From a virus (Duplodnaviria > Caudoviricetes): a stretch of DNA of 63,688 nucleotides. Below the pieces are notes generated by a model that did no database searches, was not told where the DNA came from, and saw only the letters and a program-made list of their open reading frames with translations. The stretch lies in the IMG/VR virus record IMGVR_UViG_3300036846_000403, positions 1 through 63,688 of that record; one strand, written 5' to 3'. This document shows positions 29,283 through 39,932 of the stretch, piece by piece. Both the position numbers and the translations under genes were made by a program. Each line of letters begins with the position of its first letter. The first letter of the stretch is position 1.

Positions 29283-29472
29283 TAACCACGGCCGTCGAGT
29301 CAGAGTTAGGTACCGGCGAAGCCTCTCGCCCTTCAGCGGCCGTACAGGGACAATAGTTAAAAGGGATGCTAGGCCGCTCGGCCCGCTCGATACGTGGGTC
29401 CTGCTCGACCACCCAGTCATGGGCAGCCGTGTATTTGCCTTTCGTCGCTGGGAGCTGGAACGGCTCGCATAG
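29272..29472 (+). CDS. small basic SH3/KOW-like protein
   Basis: GRRVRV...GRTGTIV...WVLLD...ELERL. Confidence 0.5.
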   Translation: MVGSNHGRRVRVRYRRSLSPFSGRTGTIVKRDARPLGPLDTWVLLDHPVMGSRVFAFRRWELERLA

Positions 29473-29479
29473 ACCCCGC

Positions 29480-29630
29480 CGCTAACCCCCGGCCGACCGG
29501 CCCGCTATACCCCTCGCGCACGGCCCGGAGACGAAATCTCCGGGCCTATCTCCCCCTAGCCGGTACCTACCGGCCGGGAAGCCCGGCAAAGGCTGTCAGG
29601 ACCCTCTCCGCACGATTCGGAGGGAGCCTC
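29480..29630. terminator. Hairpin-rich region between convergent operons
   Basis: GGCCCGGAGA / TCTCCGGGCC and GCCGGTA-CC-TACCGGC stems. Confidence 0.55.
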
Positions 29631-29637
29631 CGTTTAC

Positions 29638-30249
29638 CTATCCGGGGTACCCGACTGGTGTTGGGACTAGCGGGTCGTATGGCTCCTGCCGCCTAATCAT
29701 TGCGTCGTAGACGCCGGTCTTGAAAGCTGGCTTTCGCCATACACCGCGGAATGGCGCTCGGTAGAAGCACGGCCAGGAATACGGCTTGTTGGAAGTCCAG
29801 CACATCATGAGCACCGAACCGTGCCGCATCGCTTCCTGAACCGAAGCCTCGAATGCCGACTCGGCTTCATCAGTCTTGAATGGCCGGCCGATGTACACGA
29901 TGTCGTATTCGGACCAGTTCGGATGTTCCTCGCGGAAGTCCATGTACCGCGCATCAACTCCGAGCGCGGCTGCCTTCTCCAGGTAGTCATGCGAGATCTC
30001 GAAGCCGACGGCTTCCATGTCAAAGTACCTTTCCGCCAGGTACAGCTTCGTGCCAATGCCGCAGCCTGCCTCACAGAACTTCAGGTTGCGGAGTCCCTTG
30101 AATAGCTGCCGGGCGATCGTAAGCATATGATCAAACTCGGTCAGCTCTAGCGGGCTCCACCGCCACATCTCCGGATCAGGGTCCGTCGTCTCACGCTCGT
30201 GCGTAACCTGCTCTAGTTCCATTCGCCATAGTTCTTGCTTCGATATCAC
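29638..30249 (-). CDS. Class I SAM-dependent methyltransferase
   Basis: FCEAGCGIG, GFEI, YDIVY..RPF. Confidence 0.8.
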   Translation of the reverse strand: MISKQELWRMELEQVTHERETTDPDPEMWRWSPLELTEFDHMLTIARQLFKGLRNLKFCEAGCGIGTKLYLAERYFDMEAVGFEISHDYLEKAAALGVDARYMDFREEHPNWSEYDIVYIGRPFKTDEAESAFEASVQEAMRHGSVLMMCWTSNKPYSWPCFYRAPFRGVWRKPAFKTGVYDAMIRRQEPYDPLVPTPVGYPG

Positions 30250-30952
30250 GACGCCTCCAGGCTCTCATGAACATCCTCATTTGCTTGCCTAGGTAGAACG
30301 TATATGCCGGCGGGATCGCCTGGGAAAGCTCAGCGATATTCATCCAGTCGATACCCATAGCGGTTCGCCAGATTTCTAGCTGCTTCATGTTCTCGAAATG
30401 GGAACCGTCGCCTCCGCCATATACGTTGATTACTCCGGCATACCTCTCACTTCCCGGCCCATTGCTGACCACTAGGTACGGCTGATGCCTATCCTGCCAT
30501 TCATGCCGGCATGTCGTCCCGGTAAGGGGCATGTTCGACTCAAAGAACCTATGACGCCTCACCCGTAGCGCGAGCGCCGACCCGCACACCATCACCGGGT
30601 CGATAAGCGGAGCACCCGGCACATTCTCAATAATATACGGCAGCCCGGTCGCCTTAGCAATCGCGCGGGCTGTCGGGATAAGGTCTTCGTGATTCAGCTT
30701 GTATCGCTTCGGCGTTAGTATTGAGTGTACCTTACAGGGCGGGCTGAACGCTACGGCATCATAGTCCCGCGCGATCCGGGATATCTGCTTGTCGGTTATG
30801 TCCTTGATATTGTCCTGGTAGAACTGAAACGGGTAATGCGGCTGGGGCTCGATATCGACGCCACAGACATCGAATCCGGCCATATGGTATCCCATAGAGG
30901 TACCTCCAGCCTTACAGCAGAAATCGATGAGGCGCGGGAGATGGCCCGTCAC
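30191..30952 (-). CDS. DNA cytosine-C5 methyltransferase
   Basis: DFCCKAGG, GVDI, SPPC catalytic motif, IENV, RHR. Confidence 0.85.
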   Translation of the reverse strand: MTGHLPRLIDFCCKAGGTSMGYHMAGFDVCGVDIEPQPHYPFQFYQDNIKDITDKQISRIARDYDAVAFSPPCKVHSILTPKRYKLNHEDLIPTARAIAKATGLPYIIENVPGAPLIDPVMVCGSALALRVRRHRFFESNMPLTGTTCRHEWQDRHQPYLVVSNGPGSERYAGVINVYGGGDGSHFENMKQLEIWRTAMGIDWMNIAELSQAIPPAYTFYLGKQMRMFMRAWRRRDIEARTMANGTRAGYARA

Positions 30953-31129
30953 TAGTGCTTCAAGGCTTCTATGTGATCCGGGAGTTTCTGGTTTGGCACC
31001 AGAGCGAAGCACCACGGGCATACGGTCACCCGGAGTGTACCATCCTGCTGAAGAACCCCGGCCAGGAACTCCCCGACATCCTGCGTGTCGATGATCATCC
31101 TGACCGGGACATCGATTGTAGACATATCC

Positions 31130-31441
31130 TCACTTCCAGCTAACTAGGACCGTGACCGAAGCGCCAGGGTCTATCGAGATGAGCGTGGCGCGGAGGAACT
31201 GAAGGGAATGCTGACCTTCACTTCGGATACCTGGGCCAGTAATACTTCCGAATGGGAACCAGTGGATGCCATCCATCGAACCTTCAACCTTCACCTCGAA
31301 GACAGCACCAAGTGGATCTGTGAATGTCTGGAAAGACTGCGTCCTTGGCATATCCTTTGTGTCGACGACGCCAATGACGCCTGCTTCTGATTCATCATCA
31401 AGCAGGAACAGGGCCTTCAGGGCTGGCGGTGCTGCTGGCAT
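31130..31441 (-). CDS. hypothetical beta-rich protein, possibly virion-associated
   Basis: VKVEGSMDGIHW motif; GGAGG RBS. Confidence 0.6.
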   Translation of the reverse strand: MPAAPPALKALFLLDDESEAGVIGVVDTKDMPRTQSFQTFTDPLGAVFEVKVEGSMDGIHWFPFGSITGPGIRSEGQHSLQFLRATLISIDPGASVTVLVSWK

Positions 31442-31457
31442 TTCCCCTCCTACGTAC

Positions 31458-32258
31458 CTACGTCACCGGAGCCGACCATGTCGCGTTCCACGTCTGCGAC
31501 CCGACCAGGCCGTCCACACCGAGGCCCTTCTCTGACTGGAACTGACGGCAGACGTTCTCGGACTGCGGCCCGAACTCGCCGTCCACGTCGATTGTCCATC
31601 CGCGGCCGGACATCTGGGCTTGCCAGACCTGGACGTCACCGCAGGTCCGGTTGTGGTTCTGGCCGAAGTAATCGACGTGGAGCGGCGGTGCCTTCTGGCC
31701 GGTTGACGGAGGTGGAGTGGAGCCGCCTCCCCCACCGCCGCCGCCGAACATGTCCACGGCCATCGAGAGGACATAATCCATCGGGAAGCCGTTCCCGCAG
31801 TCGGAGTGATTCCCTCCCCAGCTGCCGAGGTCGCGGTGCTGACAGACTCCGCGCCCGGACCCCTGCGCCTGTGACGCCGACAGCTTCGTGATCGGGATGC
31901 CGAACTTGCCCGCCTCTTCCGCGATCCACCGGGCCGTGTTGTTGAGCATGTTCGCGTGCGAGTTCTGCCAGGTCGATTCCGACCACGACGCGAACGCGCA
32001 CATCTCAGCCTGTACCGCGACCGGGTTGGCGTTCGCTGCGGTCCACGCCTTGTTCCCGCGCGTCACGTACTCACCGACCGTGCCTAGCGTGTCGTCGATA
32101 CCGACGTGACTAGACACGCCGACGTCACCCTGGAAGTACGACCCCAAGGACTGGTACGTCGTTGCCCCTTCCGCCGTGTGTAGCACGATGAGGCGGACCC
32201 CGGCCCCGCCGCGCGATGAGTAGTTGGGTGATGCGATCCAGACTCGGTTAAGTCCCAT
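31458..32258 (-). CDS. Endolysin: N-acetylmuramoyl-L-alanine amidase plus peptidoglycan-binding domain
   Basis: IVLHTAEG, SSH, HSDCG; Gly linker; VDGEFGP...FQ...GL.VDG.VG..TW. Confidence 0.9.
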   Translation of the reverse strand: MGLNRVWIASPNYSSRGGAGVRLIVLHTAEGATTYQSLGSYFQGDVGVSSHVGIDDTLGTVGEYVTRGNKAWTAANANPVAVQAEMCAFASWSESTWQNSHANMLNNTARWIAEEAGKFGIPITKLSASQAQGSGRGVCQHRDLGSWGGNHSDCGNGFPMDYVLSMAVDMFGGGGGGGGSTPPPSTGQKAPPLHVDYFGQNHNRTCGDVQVWQAQMSGRGWTIDVDGEFGPQSENVCRQFQSEKGLGVDGLVGSQTWNATWSAPVT

Positions 32259-32419
32259 CACTTCTCCTCGGCGTGGTCTTTGATGTCATCTAGGAAGCCC
32301 CAGGGCTCGTGCTGGCGATCGACCTTGGGCTCGGCATTCGGGACTACCTGAACTCGGTCGTTGTCGTCGAGCGGATCGAATGCGACCTTCATCTTCTTGT
32401 TCTTCTTTTTGTCGTTCAT
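32258..32419 (-). CDS. small charged hypothetical protein (53 aa)
   Basis: TGATG coupling on both sides. Confidence 0.5.
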   Translation of the reverse strand: MNDKKKNKKMKVAFDPLDDNDRVQVVPNAEPKVDRQHEPWGFLDDIKDHAEEK

Positions 32420-33519
32420 CAGTTTGCCACCCTATCGAATGTAGCACCGTAACACGTAAGTACCGGCGCGCCGGCAACAGATGTCCATGCTCCTTGTAGG
32501 ACCATTGATTGATTTGCGTTTACGACAACGCCCCCGTTTCCTAGCTGCCCGGCAACCGCCTGGTTAGAAGTCGATGGCGCCGGATTGTATACTGAATGGC
32601 TTACCGAGAAGTGACCGTAGAAGCTAGCCTGGCCAGTTGCCGAGACGATGAGCTCACACGAGTAGTACCAGTTGAAATTGGATCCGGGCGAGATACCGCC
32701 CGTGTCCTGGATCTCTCCCCAGATCTTCCCGAAGGCATTCACCAGCAGCCCGAACGGCCGGGCCGTACCAGCGGCCTGTACTCCGTGACCGCCGCAGCGA
32801 AGCCGGTAGGAGCACGGCCCGAGCGCCGAGTCGTTCGCCGGGATCTGGAATGGAGTATGTAGGTTAGCATAGCCGGTCGTATTCGCCGTAAGTCCGGTTT
32901 GTAGAACCTGGTTCTTCGGGCCGATGTTCCGCCACACCGAGCCGTCCCAGCGCTGTAGGTACCCGGTATCAGTCTCCAGGGCTAGACGTGGGTGCGCAGG
33001 GGCTGGCCGCGCGGACGACAACATCGCCACGACCGAATGCCCGGAGAACTGACGCCGGTCAATCAGGGAGTCGATTACAGACCCATTCCCCGTCGAACGC
33101 GCTCTCCACTGAGCTACCGGAATATCATACAGTCCGGAAGTAGTTTGCTGGATAGCTGGCACGGCTGGCGCCGCAGCCGGTGTACCGGTGATGATGTACG
33201 GCGCTACAGTCCCTACGGAAGTCGGGAAGGTTCTGTCAAGACGTATGACAAGAACGTCATACCGATCGTAAGTAGGATCTGCGGCCGAAATAGCTGTCTT
33301 GACAGACGCATCACACCACCACAACTGCCCCTTGATGATAACAGTGCCGGTCGAGATGTTGATGTTGCGTGCAGGTGACGCATCAAGAGTTGGCACCATA
33401 CCGGTTGTGACTGAGCCATCGATGCCGTCCCACACGCCAATCGTCGTGAACAACTTCTCCCAGTCAGCCGTTGTCGCTATCTGGTTAAAGTTATTCGGCT
33501 TAGCATCATGTGTAGCCAT
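32419..33519 (-). CDS. minor tail protein / putative receptor-binding protein
   Basis: RYD.LVIR...GTPAAAP..P...DIPVA...DRR; position. Confidence 0.75.
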   Translation of the reverse strand: MATHDAKPNNFNQIATTADWEKLFTTIGVWDGIDGSVTTGMVPTLDASPARNINISTGTVIIKGQLWWCDASVKTAISAADPTYDRYDVLVIRLDRTFPTSVGTVAPYIITGTPAAAPAVPAIQQTTSGLYDIPVAQWRARSTGNGSVIDSLIDRRQFSGHSVVAMLSSARPAPAHPRLALETDTGYLQRWDGSVWRNIGPKNQVLQTGLTANTTGYANLHTPFQIPANDSALGPCSYRLRCGGHGVQAAGTARPFGLLVNAFGKIWGEIQDTGGISPGSNFNWYYSCELIVSATGQASFYGHFSVSHSVYNPAPSTSNQAVAGQLGNGGVVVNANQSMVLQGAWTSVAGAPVLTCYGATFDRVAN

Positions 33520-33521
33520 GG

Positions 33522-34826
33522 TTACCTTCCCTGCGTTGCTAGCTTTGCTTCTAGCGCCTTAATACGAGCAGCAAGTTGTCCTACTACCGTCTTGTCGGTG
33601 AGAGCAGCATTACTCGAAATACCGATTGTCGGCACCACACCGATAACTGGGGACTGTCCAGGATCAACTGTTAGCGTAACGCCTGATATGATATCCTGAT
33701 AGGTAATGCCAGGACGTACCTCAACCGTGACCTTATCACCTATGAAGTAATCATGACCAAATACTAGGTATGGCGAGTCAGTAGCTGTAGTAATTAGGCT
33801 TGGACCGGCCGTGCCTGCGAACAAGGCATTCTGTGCAGCCGTGGAGAGGTTATTCGGTATCGACTCATTCGCGTCATTAACATACTGCTCAGTCTTAGTC
33901 CATACCGTACTAGGTGTTGTCGCGGATATGAATGAAGGTGCGGTAGGATCTACCGTCGTGCCATCAGCTTTCGTCATAGGAGTCTTGCCCTGAACAAGTG
34001 CATCAGTACACGTCGGGTCCGTCATGGCTAGCGATACGGAAGTCAGGTTCCCTAGCGACTCTGAGAACACCGCATTAGCAGTCTTGTCAGCTACCAGGTA
34101 AACATCGAACAGAAGACGACTTCCATTCTGCTTAATCTGTATGCCCATTCCTACGCCCGCCGCCCCGTACGCCTGAGCTATAAGCGCACGGATAACATCC
34201 ATCAGATTCAGCGACTGTCCGGACGTAAAGTTGACCGAGTAGTTAACTTGCGGACCGCGCCCTTGATCAGTAGCTATATCGAGCAGCGGATGTTTCCGCG
34301 TCGCAAGAGCATTCGGCCCTACGTTGTACTTGACGTAATACTTGATGGCCGTTTCAAGCGGCCCGCTAATAATCACAGACTGGTTGCCGGGCTTCTGTGC
34401 CGACCAGGCGACGGTAGGATCAGGGTAAGCAATCCGGTTCGCAATGATAGCTAGATAATCCGCACCGGCCAGGGTAATGAATTGGCCAGCTCCGCCACTA
34501 GAACTTCCGGAGCCTCCAGATCCCGGCAGGGAATCTGAGTAGGTGGGAGTCTCGCACTTACCACCAAATGTAAAGATCCCGCGCCAGTTCACCCGGACGA
34601 TGAAGTCTCCGGACCTCATCGTATTCCATACGGCGTCCGAATACGGCATACGAATTGAATATGATCCTACAGCATTATAGTACAACATTGCCGAAATAGT
34701 CGAGAACTGATACATTCCCATACTAGCAAGGTTGTTGGGGTTAAGCAACTCGACCATTGCCGTATATTCCGGCAACGGGGTGAATTCAATTGGCTGAATA
34801 GGAAGTGTCGTCATGCTCGGGCCCAC
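33522..34826 (-). CDS. minor tail protein (Gp37-like baseplate hub)
   Basis: YNAVGS, FGHDYFIGDKVTV; follows distal tail gene. Confidence 0.8.
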   Translation of the reverse strand: MGPSMTTLPIQPIEFTPLPEYTAMVELLNPNNLASMGMYQFSTISAMLYYNAVGSYSIRMPYSDAVWNTMRSGDFIVRVNWRGIFTFGGKCETPTYSDSLPGSGGSGSSSGGAGQFITLAGADYLAIIANRIAYPDPTVAWSAQKPGNQSVIISGPLETAIKYYVKYNVGPNALATRKHPLLDIATDQGRGPQVNYSVNFTSGQSLNLMDVIRALIAQAYGAAGVGMGIQIKQNGSRLLFDVYLVADKTANAVFSESLGNLTSVSLAMTDPTCTDALVQGKTPMTKADGTTVDPTAPSFISATTPSTVWTKTEQYVNDANESIPNNLSTAAQNALFAGTAGPSLITTATDSPYLVFGHDYFIGDKVTVEVRPGITYQDIISGVTLTVDPGQSPVIGVVPTIGISSNAALTDKTVVGQLAARIKALEAKLATQGR

Positions 34827-35761
34827 TTGTTGTAGTAGCTTATCTGAACACTAGTAGCGCCGGCAGTTCCGTCAGGCACACTTACCTCTATCTGATTGTC
34901 TCCTGATACTAGCGGCCACAAATCGTGCGGCCCCGAGAATACCAGGTTACCCCACCAGTTGACTTTCGTCGTAAGATTGAGAACACCCTGCTTTCCGGGA
35001 GCAGTTGTTACCTGTACTTGCTGCCCGGCCGGGATCGCCGTGTTAAGTCCCCATGACCGGTCAGTCGTGATATTCGACATCGTCGGGGTACCAGGCCCAG
35101 TAATAATCCAGGTCGGGTAAGAAGGCATATCACCATTGATAGTTATTGGCTGAGTATTGCCAATAGTGTAGATAGTGTCTAGCGATACCGGGAGCAGAGG
35201 GAGGATTCCGGCCGATACCCCCAGGGAAACCCTGAAGGTATAGAACGAGACAACAATATCACTCCAGAACGGGTCAGGAGTCGAGAGCGACAGTGAGAAG
35301 ATCGAGTAGTCATTCTTCCCAACCTCCGGAGTGTTAAGGCCAGATGTCGTAAAGACCTGTATCTGTCGCTTATTGCCGTCAGGACGCTTAATGAACAAGG
35401 TGCCTGGCTTAGGAACGCCGTTGCGGCGATTGTAGAACGCCCGCACAACCCGGTCAAGCAAGTTCATGTAGTCAAGTGAGCTGCCGCCGGGCGGACGCCC
35501 TACCAGAATAGCGATGCCGATCGTGCCTGTCTGTGGAATGTATATGTTAGGGACCGCCGTGCCATCAAGCAGCGGAATCGTCTGCATCATGACCTGAAGA
35601 CCCTCGATACCGGCGATAGCCGAGCAGCAGTATCCGTTCGGCATCGTCGGGTCTGACAGGTACCATACATGAGGGATATTTTTGGTGTCAGTTGGAAGAA
35701 AATCAGGATCGTAATCAGGGTCATAATACTCGATCTCATATGGCCTTATGGGGTACGTCAT
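34811..35761 (-). CDS. distal tail protein
   Basis: PDPFW, NGD...YP.W.ITGPG, WPL..GDN; follows tape measure. Confidence 0.8.
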   Translation of the reverse strand: MTYPIRPYEIEYYDPDYDPDFLPTDTKNIPHVWYLSDPTMPNGYCCSAIAGIEGLQVMMQTIPLLDGTAVPNIYIPQTGTIGIAILVGRPPGGSSLDYMNLLDRVVRAFYNRRNGVPKPGTLFIKRPDGNKRQIQVFTTSGLNTPEVGKNDYSIFSLSLSTPDPFWSDIVVSFYTFRVSLGVSAGILPLLPVSLDTIYTIGNTQPITINGDMPSYPTWIITGPGTPTMSNITTDRSWGLNTAIPAGQQVQVTTAPGKQGVLNLTTKVNWWGNLVFSGPHDLWPLVSGDNQIEVSVPDGTAGATSVQISYYNKWARA

Positions 35762-38700
35762 TATGACCGCCTCCCTTGCCTCTGAAGGTAACCTTGCGTT
35801 AGTGACATCGTGCTGAATGCCGTCTGTACATGAGACTCGATAGCCGCGCCGGTTAGGCCATCGAAGTGAGCATGGTACTGCGTACCGCCAGCCTGAAGTG
35901 AGGTTAGCTCATCAGGTGATAGAATCCGCTCAGACTTCCCGGTGTTGTTATAGGCGAGGGTAACGCCCGGAGGTAGCCAGCCACCAGTATCATAACCGTG
36001 ACCGGAACCCATGCCCTGTCCCTTAACATTCATCAAGGTCGGGCCATACTTGTGCATCGCATAATTGATGGCCGCGGCAATGTTAGCGAGCGGGTCATAG
36101 ATATTCTCAGATGTACCCTTTACGTGATACTGCGCGAACGTAGCGCCAATTGTCTGTAGGAGTCCGCGCGACGGGTCACCCTTCCTAGCATTCGAGTCAG
36201 TGAGGTTGATCGCATTCGGGTCGCCGCCTGATTCCGTCTGCATCTGGTACAGCACCTGTCCCGAGAGTGCCTGCGGAAGCCCTAGCATCGTGAGCGCCTT
36301 AGAGACATCCCCGGCCCACCGCGCCACGCCGGTACCGGACGAGATGATGTTACGCCAGGCGCGGGTGATGTTCTGTGGTATGTACTTCCCACCCTTAACA
36401 GGCGCGCCACCTACCTGGCCGATGATCCCCTGAAGGAACTTCTGGGCAGCAGGATTCAGTTTCGTCGGGTCGAGCCCCTTTGACACGAATGAAAGAATAG
36501 CCTTTGGCCAGTCACCGAAGACCTTGGCGACGAACTGGCCTATATGTCCGCCGGTATCCATCATGCCGTGGATGATGCCTTCAACGATCTGACTACCGAT
36601 TGGCTTCATCTTCTTTGACGGAGACTTAATGTTGAATCCGTTCGGGCTCGTGAGGTAGGTGATGATCGGCTGTACCACGGCAGTATTTAGCCAGATGTCC
36701 ATACCGATCATTTCCTCGGTAATGCCCTCCTTCATTCCATCGACGATACCCCAGCCAATCTTGACCGTCTGCTGCGCGGGCTGCATTCCTGCCGTAGTCC
36801 CGGCATTCGACATCCCGAACCCGTACGTGTCGCCAACAAGAGCGGTAAGGATTGGCGCAACCACCCAGGTAGCGATCCATGGCGGCAAACCGCCGACGGC
36901 AATCTGCATACCCTGCATGATACCGCCGATAAGATCCTTACCAGTGGGAATCGTTTCCTTTGATGGAGAGTGAGTCTGGAATCCGTCATTGATGTGTTTG
37001 ACATAAGGCGTTGTAATCTTTGCGTTAACTTCCGGACCACTCGCGGCCGACTGCACAGCCGCTCCCTGGGTGACGCCCTTAATTATATCGGCACCAGCCT
37101 TAATGAAGTCGCCCATTTTAGCAGCAATGGCATCAGTAAAGTCAGGACTGGACGCAGCTTTCTCACCCTTAGCGGTAAGTCCTGCCGCAGCCGCACGCCC
37201 GGTCATAACACCAGATGGTGGATTATTGCCTCCCGTGAAGAAGTCAACAGTACTATTCCAAATACTTCCCCATGTCTTCTGAACTTGAGTTGCAAACATA
37301 TTGGTAACAATATTTTCAGCGCCAACTATAGCCTGCTGCCATCCCGGTAGCTTATTAAAGTTTGCCTCAGTATGGACTGCTGAGTAAGGAGAATTTGGAT
37401 TAATTCTTTGCGCGTAAGAAATCTGATATTGACTTGCTGGTGGACCGACTAGAGCATTAGGAACCCCTCCTTGTAGGCCGAGATGCGTAATCGGCTGGTA
37501 ACCGGCCCAGGCCGCTGTCCCAGCAACTCCAGGCACCGCGGCAACACCCGGAATAGCGGCGGTAGCGGGATGGATGAGCTTGTGAGTCTTTGGGTCGTAA
37601 ACTGCTGCGTGCGCCGGTACTGCCGCCCGCCCCTTGACGGGCGCGATTGCCGGAATACTGACAGTGGCCGGCACACTCTGCCCGAATTGTGTAGCTTGTC
37701 CTGGTGTTCCTTGAGCTGCCGGCCCCGGCACAGACTTGATACCAAGTGCCTTCGCAACCCATGGCCATTGCTGCTCAAGTTTGGTGGCGAGATTCGTAAG
37801 AGACCCGATAGCGTTGAGAAGGAATACGACAAAATTAGTGATAAGAGTAAAAAAGTCAGCAATAGCCTGCGGGTTATTTGAAATCTGGTTAGCTATATTG
37901 GTTATCGCAGTTGCTAGCTTATCCATGTTCGGAGCAATAGTCGGCGTGATCGCATCGAGTATCGACCCGAATGCTCTAGCCACCGCGTCGATCGAGGTCG
38001 CAACAGAAGGCAGCCCAAACGACTGAACTATCGCAGTAAGGAACTTCTGTAGTGGTCCAGATATAATTTGCTCAGCACCCTTGAATACCGGGGTGAGCGT
38101 AGTGATCGTTCTTGATATCACATCGAGCACACTAGCAAGTACGGGGACCAGAGGCCCGCCAATTGATATCATGAAATTGTGAAATGCTGTGCTCAAGTCT
38201 TTCAACGGCGTAGCCAGCTTGCCAGACATGAGTGCCCCGGCAATACCCATGCCGGCCAGAACCGTGCCAAGTCCACCAACAATAGCGCCGCCTACCTGCT
38301 GAACTACCAAGGTGACTAGAGTAGCTATTGCCGGAATAGTGATTGCTGCCTGAGGACCACTAATCAAGCCACCAATAAGTGGAATGCCGCCTACCGCTCC
38401 ACTTACTGCCCCTCCAATTTTAGACAAGGCACCACCACTGCTACCGGATGCCGCCCCGGCTATTCCTCCACCTCCCTTACCACCAGAGCCTCCGCCACCA
38501 AAGAGGCTAAGGATATTGCCGAGGATGCTACTTCCCGCAGCTGCTACTCCTGACCCGGTCTGAACAATAGCCTCGACATCAGTAGCAGCCTTGCCTACTC
38601 CAGACTTAACTCCCTTCTCTGTGCCGGCGCCAACCGCAGTCTCTACAGCCTTCGCTAGCTCGGCAGTTGCCTTGTGCGTGTTGAACGTTAGGTCGATACC

Positions 38701-39102
38701 GTGCGCCTTTGATTTAAGCGCCTCAAGCTCGGCCGTCACTACGGCAATTTCTTCCGTAGCCTTTGATGAGTCGAGTACCGGCTGATTGTGTATTTCCTCG
38801 ATCTTCCGGCGGATCTCTTCAAGCTTCAGGTCTAGCTCTTCAGTATCACCATCAAGCTTAACCTTCGGAAGTTTTGCTAGAGCGGCTTCTAGATGTTCCC
38901 TGAATCTCTTTCCGAACTCATCACCAGCATCTTCCCCGGCCCACCCAAGCCTAGTGGTGAGAGCCTTGCCCATTGCTGTGCCTGCTTCATCACCAACCTT
39001 CTCAGCGGCCGGTACTACCTGCTTGCGCATCTTCTCATCGATACCGCGCGCATCAGGGACGACGCCAACGGCTACCGACCCTACAAAGATCTCGCCTGCC
39101 AT
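35761..39102 (-). CDS. tape measure protein with C-terminal lytic transglycosylase domain
   Basis: Long Ala/Gly-rich; QTESGGDPNAINLTDSNA..G.PSRGLLQ; GYDTGG. Confidence 0.92.
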   Translation of the reverse strand: MAGEIFVGSVAVGVVPDARGIDEKMRKQVVPAAEKVGDEAGTAMGKALTTRLGWAGEDAGDEFGKRFREHLEAALAKLPKVKLDGDTEELDLKLEEIRRKIEEIHNQPVLDSSKATEEIAVVTAELEALKSKAHGIDLTFNTHKATAELAKAVETAVGAGTEKGVKSGVGKAATDVEAIVQTGSGVAAAGSSILGNILSLFGGGGSGGKGGGGIAGAASGSSGGALSKIGGAVSGAVGGIPLIGGLISGPQAAITIPAIATLVTLVVQQVGGAIVGGLGTVLAGMGIAGALMSGKLATPLKDLSTAFHNFMISIGGPLVPVLASVLDVISRTITTLTPVFKGAEQIISGPLQKFLTAIVQSFGLPSVATSIDAVARAFGSILDAITPTIAPNMDKLATAITNIANQISNNPQAIADFFTLITNFVVFLLNAIGSLTNLATKLEQQWPWVAKALGIKSVPGPAAQGTPGQATQFGQSVPATVSIPAIAPVKGRAAVPAHAAVYDPKTHKLIHPATAAIPGVAAVPGVAGTAAWAGYQPITHLGLQGGVPNALVGPPASQYQISYAQRINPNSPYSAVHTEANFNKLPGWQQAIVGAENIVTNMFATQVQKTWGSIWNSTVDFFTGGNNPPSGVMTGRAAAAGLTAKGEKAASSPDFTDAIAAKMGDFIKAGADIIKGVTQGAAVQSAASGPEVNAKITTPYVKHINDGFQTHSPSKETIPTGKDLIGGIMQGMQIAVGGLPPWIATWVVAPILTALVGDTYGFGMSNAGTTAGMQPAQQTVKIGWGIVDGMKEGITEEMIGMDIWLNTAVVQPIITYLTSPNGFNIKSPSKKMKPIGSQIVEGIIHGMMDTGGHIGQFVAKVFGDWPKAILSFVSKGLDPTKLNPAAQKFLQGIIGQVGGAPVKGGKYIPQNITRAWRNIISSGTGVARWAGDVSKALTMLGLPQALSGQVLYQMQTESGGDPNAINLTDSNARKGDPSRGLLQTIGATFAQYHVKGTSENIYDPLANIAAAINYAMHKYGPTLMNVKGQGMGSGHGYDTGGWLPPGVTLAYNNTGKSERILSPDELTSLQAGGTQYHAHFDGLTGAAIESHVQTAFSTMSLTQGYLQRQGRRS

Positions 39103-39932
39103 CTAGTCCACCCCTCTCCCATACTGGCTCGCCATCAGCGCGCGGATCTCGTCGTCACTCAGATTCTTGAGGCGCGGGTCTAGAGTACGGACTTCGCTCA
39201 TCCGCATGAGGTTACGCTTACGGTGCCCTCCGGAAATGCCCGGACGCCGGATATTCTGCGGGTGCTGTATCGTCGACTTGGAATGCGCCGAAGCGTACAT
39301 CCAGGATAGATTCCGGATCTCATCGATCACGGTAGCAAGCAGTGTCTCGACCGAACTCCATGGAGCACGAATCGGGTCGCCAACATGCCGCGCCAGTTCG
39401 TGATCCGGCGTCGCATTCCGTATCGCCGTATTCAACGCAGCCTCCGGTGGGAGATGGTCCACTAGTACGAGCAGCTTCCGCCACGAGAGACCCCGGCCAA
39501 GGTCAGTCAGGGCTGTCCCGTAGTAGCGCTGCAGATCTGCTTCTAGCGCCTCCGGGAATTCGGATGTGATCCAGAGCGCTTTCTGGATTTTCCCACGTTC
39601 AGCCTCGACTGCCGTCCACACTCGTTGAACACGGCCTCGATCTGGTAGTTGTGAAGGTCAGATGAGACCCAGAGCCGGAACTCCTCATCGTCATCAATGA
39701 CCTCCCGCGCCCACGTGTCCCAGTCACCGGCCGCCGCCGCACGCATCGCGGTTGACGACCAGTCCTTGGCGTGCGACACGTGTACGACCTTGCCGTCGAT
39801 CCGGACGGTCGTGGCCTCACCAACGGACTCCTTGCGGAGTGTTTCGTCGATAAGGTCCAGGTCCACGTCGACCGGGATTTCCTGGGGCTCTTCTGCTCCC
39901 TCGCCCCACTCGGTGCTCAGCGGCTCGGTCAC
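39103..39932 (-). CDS. tail assembly chaperone; -1 frameshift fuses 39932-39543 ORF to 39621-39103 ORF
   Basis: GGGAAAA on - strand at 39594-39588; lies between major tail and tape measure. Confidence 0.88.

Noticed and set aside
29593-29598. Fourth copy of the CTGTCA...TGACAG element
   Set aside because: Only a half-site near a related hairpin, with no partner at the 63-bp spacing
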